This document shows positions 54,070 through 62,371 of a stretch of DNA of 64,000 nt, piece after piece. The stretch's first letter is position 1. Every line of letters begins with the position of its first letter. A model generated the notes under the pieces. The model worked only from the letters and a program-made list of their open reading frames with translations. It searched no databases and had not been told where the DNA came from. The stretch lies in the NCBI GenBank assembly GCA_035652535.1, contig DASRDP010000084.1:2282-66281 (forward strand), written 5' to 3'. A program made the translations under genes and the position numbers. The DNA comes from Chloroflexota bacterium (GTDB lineage Bacteria; Chloroflexota; UBA6077; SHYK01).

Positions 54070-54816
54070 ATGGCATCAAACGGAAAAGTCGCGCTGGTGA
54101 CGGGAGCGGACTCGGATGTCGGCGCGGCGATCGTCCAGCGGTTCGCCCGCGAGGGATTCCAGGTCGCCGCGTGCGGAGCTTCTCGCGAGCGCGCGAAGCC
54201 GGCGCTGGAGGGGGCGGCGGCTCACGGAGCCGCCGCCGAGTTCTTTGAGCTCGACGTTCGCAAGGAAAGCGACGCGGCGCGGTTCGTCCAAGGCGCGGTC
54301 GACCGTTTCGGCAGGATCGACGCAATCGTGAACTGCGGCGCCTCGCGGCGGATCATCGGCACGATCATGGACATCTCCGACGAGGACTTCGACGAGGAGA
54401 TGGCGGCGGACCTGAAATCTGTCCTTTACGTCTCGCGGGCCGCGATCCCAACGATCGCGAAGGGGGGCGGCGGCGCGATCGTCAATATGTCGTCCATCGC
54501 CCGCGCCGGCGTGCGAGGACGAGCGCTTCGATCGGCCAGCAAGGCGGCGTTGAGCGCGCTCACGCGGGCGATGGCGCTCGACCACGGGCGGGACGCAATC
54601 CGCGTCAACGCCGTCCTGCTTGGGCCCACCCTGTCACGAGACGCCCACTTCCCTCCGGAGCAGCTCGCTCGCATGAAGGCGGAGGCTGCCCTCGGCGAGC
54701 TGCACACAGCGGAAGATGTGGCCGCGGCCGTGTATTTCTTCGCGTCGGATGACGCGCGGCACATCACGGGGGCGCTCCTTCCGCTGGACGCTGGACGGTC
54801 TCTCGCGAGCTTTTGA
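54070..54816 (+). CDS. Short-chain dehydrogenase/reductase (SDR) family protein with atypical motifs
   Basis: 248 aa with the SDR fold pattern. It has TGADSDVG in place of TGxxxGxG and RSASK in place of YxxxK. Confidence 0.75.
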   Translation: MASNGKVALVTGADSDVGAAIVQRFAREGFQVAACGASRERAKPALEGAAAHGAAAEFFELDVRKESDAARFVQGAVDRFGRIDAIVNCGASRRIIGTIMDISDEDFDEEMAADLKSVLYVSRAAIPTIAKGGGGAIVNMSSIARAGVRGRALRSASKAALSALTRAMALDHGRDAIRVNAVLLGPTLSRDAHFPPEQLARMKAEAALGELHTAEDVAAAVYFFASDDARHITGALLPLDAGRSLASF

Positions 54817-54914
54817 TCCGGCGAGCGGCCACCCAGACGGGCAGCGCGTTGTTCACCTGCGAGCGTCACCGCGCACGCGCGCTATGATGTGCTAGAGACC
54901 GCAAGGAGGCTCCC

Positions 54915-56084
54915 GTGAACCGACTCGGGTTGTTTCTGACCACTGCGATCGTGCTGCTCATCGCCGCGTGTGGCGGAAAGACGGGCGCCCCGCCGACCGG
55001 CGGCCTCGCCGCGCCCGCGCGCGAGTCCGACGATCCCCAGGCGCGGTGGGCCAAGACGCTGGATGCGGCGAAGCAGGAAGGCAAGGTCGTGGTCGTGACC
55101 CACACGAACCTGTACTACCAGAAAGAGATCGAGAAGTTCGGCGAGAAGTACCCGGACATCCCGGTCGAGCAGGTGTCGATGCGTCCGAGCGAGTTCACGC
55201 CCAAGGTGATCACCGAGCAGCAGAATGGGATCTACGGATACGACGTCTGGGTATCGCCGACCAGCAATATGGTGGAGACCGTCGTCCCCGCTGGCGGCTT
55301 CGAGAGCCTGATCCCCTACCTGATCCTCCCCGAGGTGACCGACTCGACGCAGTACCGCGGGGGCAAGCCGCTCTACGTGAGCTCCGAGCCCTACGTCATG
55401 GCGTATCAGGGCAACGTGACGACGAACGTCTGGGTGAACCGCGACCTGCTGCCGGCGAGCGAGTTCAACACCCTCGATCAGCTCGTCGACCCGAAGCTCA
55501 AGGGCAAGATCGCGATCCGCACACCCAGCGCGCCGCACGCCGGGTCGCTCACGCTGACGGGCCTTCTTCACAACAAGGGACAGGCGTTTCTGGATCAACT
55601 CCTGATCGACCAGCAGCCGGTCTTCATCGACAACGCCCGATTGATGACTCAAGACCTGATCAATGGGAAGTACCCGGTGGCCATCGGCATCGATGGAGAG
55701 ACGATGGACGCCTGCCAGCGGGAGGGCGGCTGCAAGAGCATGCAGCAGCTCACCGGGTATGAGTACATGCTGAGCTACGGGGTCGGCATCTTGAAGAACC
55801 CGCCGCATCCGAACGCGGCGGCCGTGTTCCTCAACTGGTTCCTCTCCAAGGAGGGCCAGCAGGCCTTCGTGCAGAGCGTGGAAGCCACGACCCCGCCGCC
55901 CTACGACCAGGCGCAGAGCATCCGCGTCGATGTGGACCCGAACCCCGACGCCATCAAGGATCAGGCGATGCCCGACTACGACCACCTCGAGAAGTACAGT
56001 CTCCAGGGCATGGAGGCCGGGAGGCCGGAGATGCAGGCGGTCCTGGCGGCGTACAAAAAGGTCGAAGAGAGCGGAGGCAGGTAG
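54915..56084 (+). CDS. ABC transporter substrate-binding lipoprotein (family 1, iron(III)/FbpA-like)
   Basis: GTG 54915 follows AAGGAGG. Lipobox LIAAC. Immediately followed by a fused two-domain permease. Confidence 0.7.
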   Translation: MNRLGLFLTTAIVLLIAACGGKTGAPPTGGLAAPARESDDPQARWAKTLDAAKQEGKVVVVTHTNLYYQKEIEKFGEKYPDIPVEQVSMRPSEFTPKVITEQQNGIYGYDVWVSPTSNMVETVVPAGGFESLIPYLILPEVTDSTQYRGGKPLYVSSEPYVMAYQGNVTTNVWVNRDLLPASEFNTLDQLVDPKLKGKIAIRTPSAPHAGSLTLTGLLHNKGQAFLDQLLIDQQPVFIDNARLMTQDLINGKYPVAIGIDGETMDACQREGGCKSMQQLTGYEYMLSYGVGILKNPPHPNAAAVFLNWFLSKEGQQAFVQSVEATTPPPYDQAQSIRVDVDPNPDAIKDQAMPDYDHLEKYSLQGMEAGRPEMQAVLAAYKKVEESGGR

Positions 56085-56122
56085 CGGTGGCTTCGACGCT
56101 GTCCGTCGGCGGCTGAGCCGCC

Positions 56123-57865
56123 ATGTCCGTCGCCACCGCCGTACGCCCTGCGTTTCAGCGGCGATTGCCCCATCTCCGTCTCGAGATCTCAGCCGTCGCC
56201 TACGCGGCGCTTCTGGCGCTCGTCGCGTTCGTCGTGCTCTATCCGATCCTGCTCCTGGCTATCAATAGCTTTCGTGTCGGTCCGTTCGGGCAAGCTGGCG
56301 CCTGGGGAGTCGACAACTGGCAGGCGGCCTTCAGCCAGCCCCGGATCGTCGCCGCGCTGCGCAACACCGTCAGCCTCGCCATCACCCGCCAGGCCATCGC
56401 GATCGGGCTCGGCGTCAGCATCGCGTGGCTCCTCGCGCGAACGAATCTCCCGGGCAGATCCTGGCTCGAGGTGTGCTTCTGGTTTGCGCTCCTCCTTCCC
56501 AGCCTCCCGGTTCTGCTCGGCTGGATCTTGCTCCTCGATGGCCACCACGGGATCCTTCTCAACGCGATCCGGAACATCGTGCCGGGGTTCTCGTTCGACA
56601 TCTATTCCTGGTGGGGCATCGTCGTCGCCCACCTGGTCATCAACCTCGTCGCCTTAAAGGTCTTCCTGCTGACTCCGGCCTTCCGAAACATGGATTCTTC
56701 TCTCGAGGAGGCCTCGCGCGCCGCAGGGGCCAGCATGCCGCACACGCTCTTCCGCATTGTCGTCCCGTTGATGACCCCAACGATCCTGTTCGTCACGCTG
56801 CTGGGCCTCATCCGATCGATGCAGTCCTTCGAGATCGAGCTGATCCTGGGCGGCGCATCGAAGATCGACGTGTACAGCACGCTCATCTACCGGCAGGTCA
56901 TGCAGTCGCCGCCCGAATACGGCAAGGCGACGGCACTCAGCATGGTGATCCTCTCGGCCCTCGTGCCGCTCATCGCGCTCCAGCAGTGGATCGCCGGCCG
57001 GCGCAGCTACACCACGGTGTCCGGGAAGTACACCAACCGCCTGTTCGACCTCGGGGTCATGCGCTGGCCGCTGTTCTGCGTCGTCGCTGGCATGCTCATC
57101 GTGATGATCGTCCTGCCCATCCTGTTCATGCTGGTCGGGACCTTCATGAAGGTCTTCGGACAGTTCGATCTCCCCGATCCGTGGACGCTCAACAATTGGC
57201 GGCGCATCCTCACGGATCGGCAGCTCGTCAAGGGGTTGGTCAACACGCTCGTGATCGCCGCGGGTGCGACGATCTTCTCGGTCGTGCTCTTCACCGTCAT
57301 CGCCTACGTATCGGTCCGCACGCGTTTCGTTGGCCGTCGGCTGCTGGATATGCTCACCTGGATTCCCAGCACGGTGCCCGGCATCGTGACGAGCCTCGGC
57401 CTCCTGTGGCTCTTTATCGGAACGCCCATCTTTCGGCCGCTCTACGGGACCGTCTGGATCCTGATCATCGCCCTCGGTTTCGCCGGGCTGACGCTGGGCG
57501 TGCAGCTGATCAAGACGAGCATGATGCAGCTTGGCGCCGAGCTGGAAGAGGCGTCCTGGGCGTCCGGCGCCGGCCGCATCTACACCCTCCGTCGGGTCGT
57601 GCTCCCCCTCATCGCCCCCACGATCGCTGTGGTCGCGCTCCAGAACTTCGGGGCCGCGGCGTCCAGCGTGAGCCTCGTCGCGCTGCTCGGATCGGCCAAC
57701 AACAAGCCGCTCTCGTTGGTGCAGCTCGAGTACATGGACACGGGGCTCTTTGAGCCGGCGACAGTCGTCGGCGTCATCATCTTTTTGTTGACGATCGGCG
57801 CCGCTGTCTTGGCCCGCGCCGTGAGCGTTCGCACCGGCCTCGCCCGATTCGAGGGTCAGCGCTAA
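56123..57865 (+). CDS. ABC transporter permease, duplicated (two BPD_transp_1 domains, FbpB/AfuB-like)
   Basis: 580 aa with about 12 TM segments and two EAA loops (LEEASRAAGAS...RIVVPL and LEEASWASGAG...RVVLPL). Confidence 0.85.
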   Translation: MSVATAVRPAFQRRLPHLRLEISAVAYAALLALVAFVVLYPILLLAINSFRVGPFGQAGAWGVDNWQAAFSQPRIVAALRNTVSLAITRQAIAIGLGVSIAWLLARTNLPGRSWLEVCFWFALLLPSLPVLLGWILLLDGHHGILLNAIRNIVPGFSFDIYSWWGIVVAHLVINLVALKVFLLTPAFRNMDSSLEEASRAAGASMPHTLFRIVVPLMTPTILFVTLLGLIRSMQSFEIELILGGASKIDVYSTLIYRQVMQSPPEYGKATALSMVILSALVPLIALQQWIAGRRSYTTVSGKYTNRLFDLGVMRWPLFCVVAGMLIVMIVLPILFMLVGTFMKVFGQFDLPDPWTLNNWRRILTDRQLVKGLVNTLVIAAGATIFSVVLFTVIAYVSVRTRFVGRRLLDMLTWIPSTVPGIVTSLGLLWLFIGTPIFRPLYGTVWILIIALGFAGLTLGVQLIKTSMMQLGAELEEASWASGAGRIYTLRRVVLPLIAPTIAVVALQNFGAAASSVSLVALLGSANNKPLSLVQLEYMDTGLFEPATVVGVIIFLLTIGAAVLARAVSVRTGLARFEGQR

Positions 57866-57916
57866 GACGCTATACTGGGCTTCGTTCACCATGGGGCAGG
57901 TTTGGGAGGCCGAGCG

Positions 57917-59188
57917 ATGTTGAATCATGAAGAGAATGAGATGATCACCCGCGTAGGGCCGGGCACACCGATGGGTTCGGTGCTGCGCCGCTATTGGCTG
58001 CCGGCGCTCCTCGCGTCCGATCTTCCGGAGCCGGACTGCGCGCCGATGCGTGTGCGCCTCCTCGGTGAGGATCTGGTCGCGTTTCGGGACTCGTCGGGCC
58101 GGTTGGGATTGCTCGACGACTACTGTCCGCACCGTTGCGCATCCCTCTTCCTCGGCCGCAATGAAGAGAACGGCCTCCGCTGCGTCTATCACGGATGGAA
58201 GTTCGACGTTGACGGCAACTGCGTCGACATGCCCACCGAGCCGGTGGACAGCCGATTCAAAGAGAAGGTCCACGCGACCGCCTATCCGCTGGTGGAGCTG
58301 GCGGGCGTGCTCTGGGCGTACATGGGGCCGCCCGAACAGCGGCCGGAGCTTCCGGCCATGGAGTGGACGAGGGCACCGGCGAGCCACCGGTTCGTCTCGA
58401 GAACCCACGAGTACTGCAACTTTGTCCAGGCCATCGAGGGGGGCATCGATACGGCGCACTCCTCGTTCCTGCACCGCAATGACATCTCCGATCGTCTGGC
58501 GTTCCGAACCATGGACGGCGCGCCGACCCTCGAAGTGGAGAAGACGGATTACGGGTTCCGTTACGCGAGCCTGCGCGACATCGGAGACGATGGCATCTAT
58601 CTTCGCGTGTACCAGTTCTTCATGCCCTTCCAGCAGTATCGATCGCACCAGCTCGAGGGCCGGCGCGGCGCCGGCAAGACCGCGGTGCCTCGGCTCCAGG
58701 GGCACATGTGGGTGCCCATAGACGACGAAAACACGTGCGTCTACAACTTCATCCTGTCCGTCGACGATGACAAGCCCCTCACGCCCGAGTTCATTGAAGA
58801 GGCGGAGACCCACGCGGGCCGCAACCCCCTGACGGGCGAGACGATGACCCGGCACCGCACGCGCGCCAACGATTGGCTCATCGATCGCGCGATCCAGCGC
58901 ACACGGACGTTCACCGGCATCACCGGGCTGAACACTCAGGACCTCGCGGTTCAGGAGAGCATGGGGCGGGTCGTGGATCGCTCGCGCGAGCATCTGGGGA
59001 GCACCGATCGGGCCGTGATCGCCTTCCGGCAGATCATGCTGGACGCGGTCAAGAACGTCGCGGAGGGTATCGATCCGCCCGGCGTGAATCCGGCCAGTTA
59101 TCGCGGCGTTCGAGCGGCGGACGTCATACTTCCCAAGGGCGTTCGATGGCAGGATGCGGCGGAGGCGGAGCTGATGGCGCGGCATTAA
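57917..59188 (+). CDS. Rieske [2Fe-2S] non-haem-iron oxygenase alpha subunit, phthalate-dioxygenase-like family (paralogue of 24351..25541)
   Basis: ATG 57917 follows GGGAGG. N-terminus EENEMITRVGPGTPMGSVLRRYWLPA. Rieske ligands CPHRC ... CVYHGW. Confidence 0.85.
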   Translation: MLNHEENEMITRVGPGTPMGSVLRRYWLPALLASDLPEPDCAPMRVRLLGEDLVAFRDSSGRLGLLDDYCPHRCASLFLGRNEENGLRCVYHGWKFDVDGNCVDMPTEPVDSRFKEKVHATAYPLVELAGVLWAYMGPPEQRPELPAMEWTRAPASHRFVSRTHEYCNFVQAIEGGIDTAHSSFLHRNDISDRLAFRTMDGAPTLEVEKTDYGFRYASLRDIGDDGIYLRVYQFFMPFQQYRSHQLEGRRGAGKTAVPRLQGHMWVPIDDENTCVYNFILSVDDDKPLTPEFIEEAETHAGRNPLTGETMTRHRTRANDWLIDRAIQRTRTFTGITGLNTQDLAVQESMGRVVDRSREHLGSTDRAVIAFRQIMLDAVKNVAEGIDPPGVNPASYRGVRAADVILPKGVRWQDAAEAELMARH

Positions 59189-59297
59189 TGGATCGGCTGC
59201 CATGCAGTTCGCCATTGCTCTGGGTGCGCCGCTCGGGTAGCGCGGCTGCGGTGCGGCGGAGGCGTGCCCCCCGCCGCGCCGGACGAACGAGGATAGT

Positions 59298-61040
59298 GTG
59301 CCCTCGCTCATGAGGAGACCGTGGGCGGACCGCATCCGGCTGCGCGCCGCGACGGTTGCGGCGCTGATCGTGCTGGTGGCCGGCTGCCAGAGTGCGCCGA
59401 CTGGGCCGCCGGGTCAGCGCGCGCCGGCGGGCGGCGAGCCGCAGCCCTCGCGGAATCTGGTCATGCTGATCCGCGTCGAGCCCGCGAGCCTTGCGTCCAA
59501 GTCGCTCCAGCAAGCGGGCACGATTCTCACGTCCACGCGCCGGCTGTTCAACGCGACGCTTGGCCTGCTCGACGACCACGGGGAGGTCATCCCGTACCTC
59601 GCCGCGGAGCTCCCGCGACTCAATACGGCGACGTGGAAGGTGTTTCCTGACGGCCGGATGGAGACGACGTACACGCTCCGCCCCGCTCTCACCTGGCACG
59701 ACGGGAGTCCGCTGGACGCGGAGGACTTTGTGTTTTCGTACCGCGTCTACTCGGCGCCCGATCTCGGGCTTGCCACCGGTGCGCCGCAGAACCTCATCGA
59801 GGACGTGGTTGCCGAGGACGCGCGGACCGTGATCATTCGGTGGCGGCAGTCGTACGCGAACGCGGGACTCCTGACCGAGGACTTCCCGCCGCTGCCCCGC
59901 CACATCCTGCAAGATTCCTTCGACGGCCGCGCTGCGCCCGATGCCTTCAGCGGAGACGCTTTCTGGACGCGGGACTACGTGGGTGCGGGCCCGTACCGGC
60001 TCGAGCGGTGGGAGCCGGGCGCCTTCATCGAATCCGTCGCCTTCGACGGCCACGTCCTCGGGCGACCGCGTATCGACCGAATCACCATTCGATGGAGTAG
60101 CGACCCCAACGCATCCCTCGCTGTCATGCTGGCCGGCGACGCGCAGCTCTCCGCGGATTCGTCGCTCCAGTTCCAGCAGGGGCTATTGCTGAAGAACCAG
60201 TGGACGAGCCAGAAGGCAGGCACCGTGCTGTTCAAGCCGGATCTGTTCCGCGGAGCGGCGGTGCAGCTTCGTCCCGAGCTGACCACCCCGCGGGCGCTCC
60301 TCGACGCTCGCGTGCGCCGAGCGCTGGCTTTCGCCGTCGATAAACAAACGCTGAACGACGTCCAGTTCGAGGGGAACGGCTTCATGGCCGATGGCATCAT
60401 TCCTCCGACGGTTTGGTACGGGGCCGATCTCGACCGCGCCGTCCAGAAGTACCCGCTCGACACGCGGAAGAGCGAGGCGCTGATGGCCGATGCCGGCTTC
60501 ACCAAAGGCGCTGATGGCGTCTATGCGAGCCCGACGGACGGTCGTTTCGCCCCTGAGGTGCGGACCAACGCCAGCGCGTTCTTCGAAGCCGAGATGTCGA
60601 CGCTGGCGAGCGGGTGGCGAGGCGCCGGATTCGATTTCACCGAGTATGTCAATCCCGCGGCCCTCGTCCAGGACGCGCAGGTGCGTGCGACGTTCCCTGG
60701 CCTATTCATCTTCAGCCAGGGCCTGGGCGAGGCCGCGCTCGTCGATTACAACAGCGCGGGCATCCCGCGACCGGAGAACCGATGGGTAGGAAGCAACCGC
60801 GGCGGCTGGTCGAATCCGGATTTTGACCGGCTAGCGGAGACCGTCAATACCACGCTGGATCGCACCGAGCGCGCGCAGACCTTTGTCGCGATGCAGCGGA
60901 TCTTCAGCGAGGAGCTGCCGGTCATCCCGCTCTATTTCCAGCCCAGCGTCACGGGCTTCGTCAGCGGGCTGGTCGGACCGGGGAACGTGCCGCCCGATAC
61001 CGCCATCAACTGGAACGTCTATACGTGGGAATTCAGGTAG
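59298..61040 (+). CDS. Family-5 ABC substrate-binding lipoprotein, SBP5-5
   Basis: Start at GTG 59298 or ATG 59310. Lipobox LVAGC. Family block PDGRMETTYTLRPALTWHDGSPLDAEDFVF ... GRPRIDRITIRWSSD. Confidence 0.85.
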   Translation: MPSLMRRPWADRIRLRAATVAALIVLVAGCQSAPTGPPGQRAPAGGEPQPSRNLVMLIRVEPASLASKSLQQAGTILTSTRRLFNATLGLLDDHGEVIPYLAAELPRLNTATWKVFPDGRMETTYTLRPALTWHDGSPLDAEDFVFSYRVYSAPDLGLATGAPQNLIEDVVAEDARTVIIRWRQSYANAGLLTEDFPPLPRHILQDSFDGRAAPDAFSGDAFWTRDYVGAGPYRLERWEPGAFIESVAFDGHVLGRPRIDRITIRWSSDPNASLAVMLAGDAQLSADSSLQFQQGLLLKNQWTSQKAGTVLFKPDLFRGAAVQLRPELTTPRALLDARVRRALAFAVDKQTLNDVQFEGNGFMADGIIPPTVWYGADLDRAVQKYPLDTRKSEALMADAGFTKGADGVYASPTDGRFAPEVRTNASAFFEAEMSTLASGWRGAGFDFTEYVNPAALVQDAQVRATFPGLFIFSQGLGEAALVDYNSAGIPRPENRWVGSNRGGWSNPDFDRLAETVNTTLDRTERAQTFVAMQRIFSEELPVIPLYFQPSVTGFVSGLVGPGNVPPDTAINWNVYTWEFR

Positions 61041-61057
61041 GCCGGCAAGCTCGCTGC

Positions 61058-62257
61058 TTATCCCCACAGCTCTTCCGACGCGAGATCCGCGCCCTCAGCG
61101 AGCGCTTCCAGCTTGGCCCACACGATGTCGGGATGGCCCACGCGCCCGCCGAGCCCGCAGTCGGTGCCCGCGATCACGTTCTCCTTGCCCACGATGTCCG
61201 CGAAGCGGACGATGCGCTCGGCGACCAGCTCGGGGTGCTCGATGAAGTCGCTCGAATGACCGACGATTCCGGGAATCAGGATCTTCCCCTCGGGTAGGCG
61301 CACGTCCTTCCAGACCTTCCACTCGTGCTCGTGTCGCGGGTTCGCCGCCTCCACCGAATAGGCCTGCGCCTTGACGGACAGCACGAGGTCGACGATCTCC
61401 TTGAGCGGGATGTCGTGCTTGTGGGGTCCGTGGTAGCTGCCCCAGCACACGTGGAGCCGGGTCTGTTCGACGGGGACGTCGCGGAGCGCGTGGTTGAGCG
61501 CTTCGAGGCGGAGCGCGGCATAGCGTCGGTAGTCCGCCACACTCATGTCGGGGTGCATCTGCCAAGCGTCGGGGAGGTCGGGATCGTCGATCTGGAGGAT
61601 AAACCCCGCGTCGGTGATCGCCTTGTATTCGACGTGCATCGCGTCGGCGATCGCCTCCAGGTACTGCTCGTCGGACGGATAGTAGGCGTTGTGAAGCCAG
61701 TGCTCAATCGTGCCGGGGGCGACGGCCGGCAGAAACGCGTCCGCCGGGTTGACGCCTTGGAGGGCGGCCCTGAAGTTCTCGAGATCGAGCTGCAGCTCGG
61801 CGGTGCCCACATACGAGAGCGGGCCGACGCAGAAGAGCTGGCGGCGGTCGGCGCGAAGCCCAATCTGGCGGCGATTGATCTGACCTCCAGTGACCGTGGC
61901 CATCGCGAACCCGCCATGCTCCAGGAAATAGCCAGGAAACTCCTTGATGTCTCGCCCCTGGATACCGACGACAGGAACGCTATCGCCAGGGATTTCGCGC
62001 TCTTCAAACCCGGTGAGCCGCTCGCGGGCATAGTTGGAGAAGTTTGACTTCCCAAACTCGCCGTCGTTGACGCAGTCGATCCGGCAGGCGAGCTGCCTGC
62101 GGACGACGTCGCCCACGGCTTCGCGCGTGCGATTCGCCAGCCGTGCGTGGTCGTAGGGATTCCCGGCCGCTTTCGCCGCGACCATCTCGCGGAGGTCGTC
62201 GGGTCGAGGGAGGCTACCTGCGTGCGTCGTGAGGATGCGATCGGTACTTCGCTTCAT
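61058..62257 (-). CDS. Cobalamin-independent methionine-synthase-like (MetE C-terminal domain family) zinc alkyl-transferase
   Basis: ATG 62257 follows GGAGG (6 nt). About 400 aa, beginning ILTTHAGSLPRP. Putative Zn ligands in HVCWGSY and GTDCGLG. The track ORF extends artefactually to 62650. Confidence 0.75.
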   Translation of the reverse strand: MKRSTDRILTTHAGSLPRPDDLREMVAAKAAGNPYDHARLANRTREAVGDVVRRQLACRIDCVNDGEFGKSNFSNYARERLTGFEEREIPGDSVPVVGIQGRDIKEFPGYFLEHGGFAMATVTGGQINRRQIGLRADRRQLFCVGPLSYVGTAELQLDLENFRAALQGVNPADAFLPAVAPGTIEHWLHNAYYPSDEQYLEAIADAMHVEYKAITDAGFILQIDDPDLPDAWQMHPDMSVADYRRYAALRLEALNHALRDVPVEQTRLHVCWGSYHGPHKHDIPLKEIVDLVLSVKAQAYSVEAANPRHEHEWKVWKDVRLPEGKILIPGIVGHSSDFIEHPELVAERIVRFADIVGKENVIAGTDCGLGGRVGHPDIVWAKLEALAEGADLASEELWG

Positions 62258-62371
62258 CGGCGTCCTCCGGATGAGATTCAGGGCTCCATCATATCGGCTC
62301 GCGGGCAAGCGGACCGAGTCGGCAACGGGTGTTGATCCATCGCTGCTATAATGCCGCGCCCTGGAGGACCA

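Noticed and set aside
56654-59335. 893-aa minus-strand ORF. Similar long shadows: 52057..54060 (-), 40550..42391 (-), 13154..15058 (+), 24105..25571 (-), 54882..55985 (-), 32528..34234 (-)
   Set aside because: Each lies antisense to a gene with clear family motifs (permease/Rieske, amidohydrolase, XDH subunit, AOR, Rieske, SBP, amidohydrolase/methyltransferase). Each has Arg/Gly/Pro/Asp-biased composition and lacks an RBS context.
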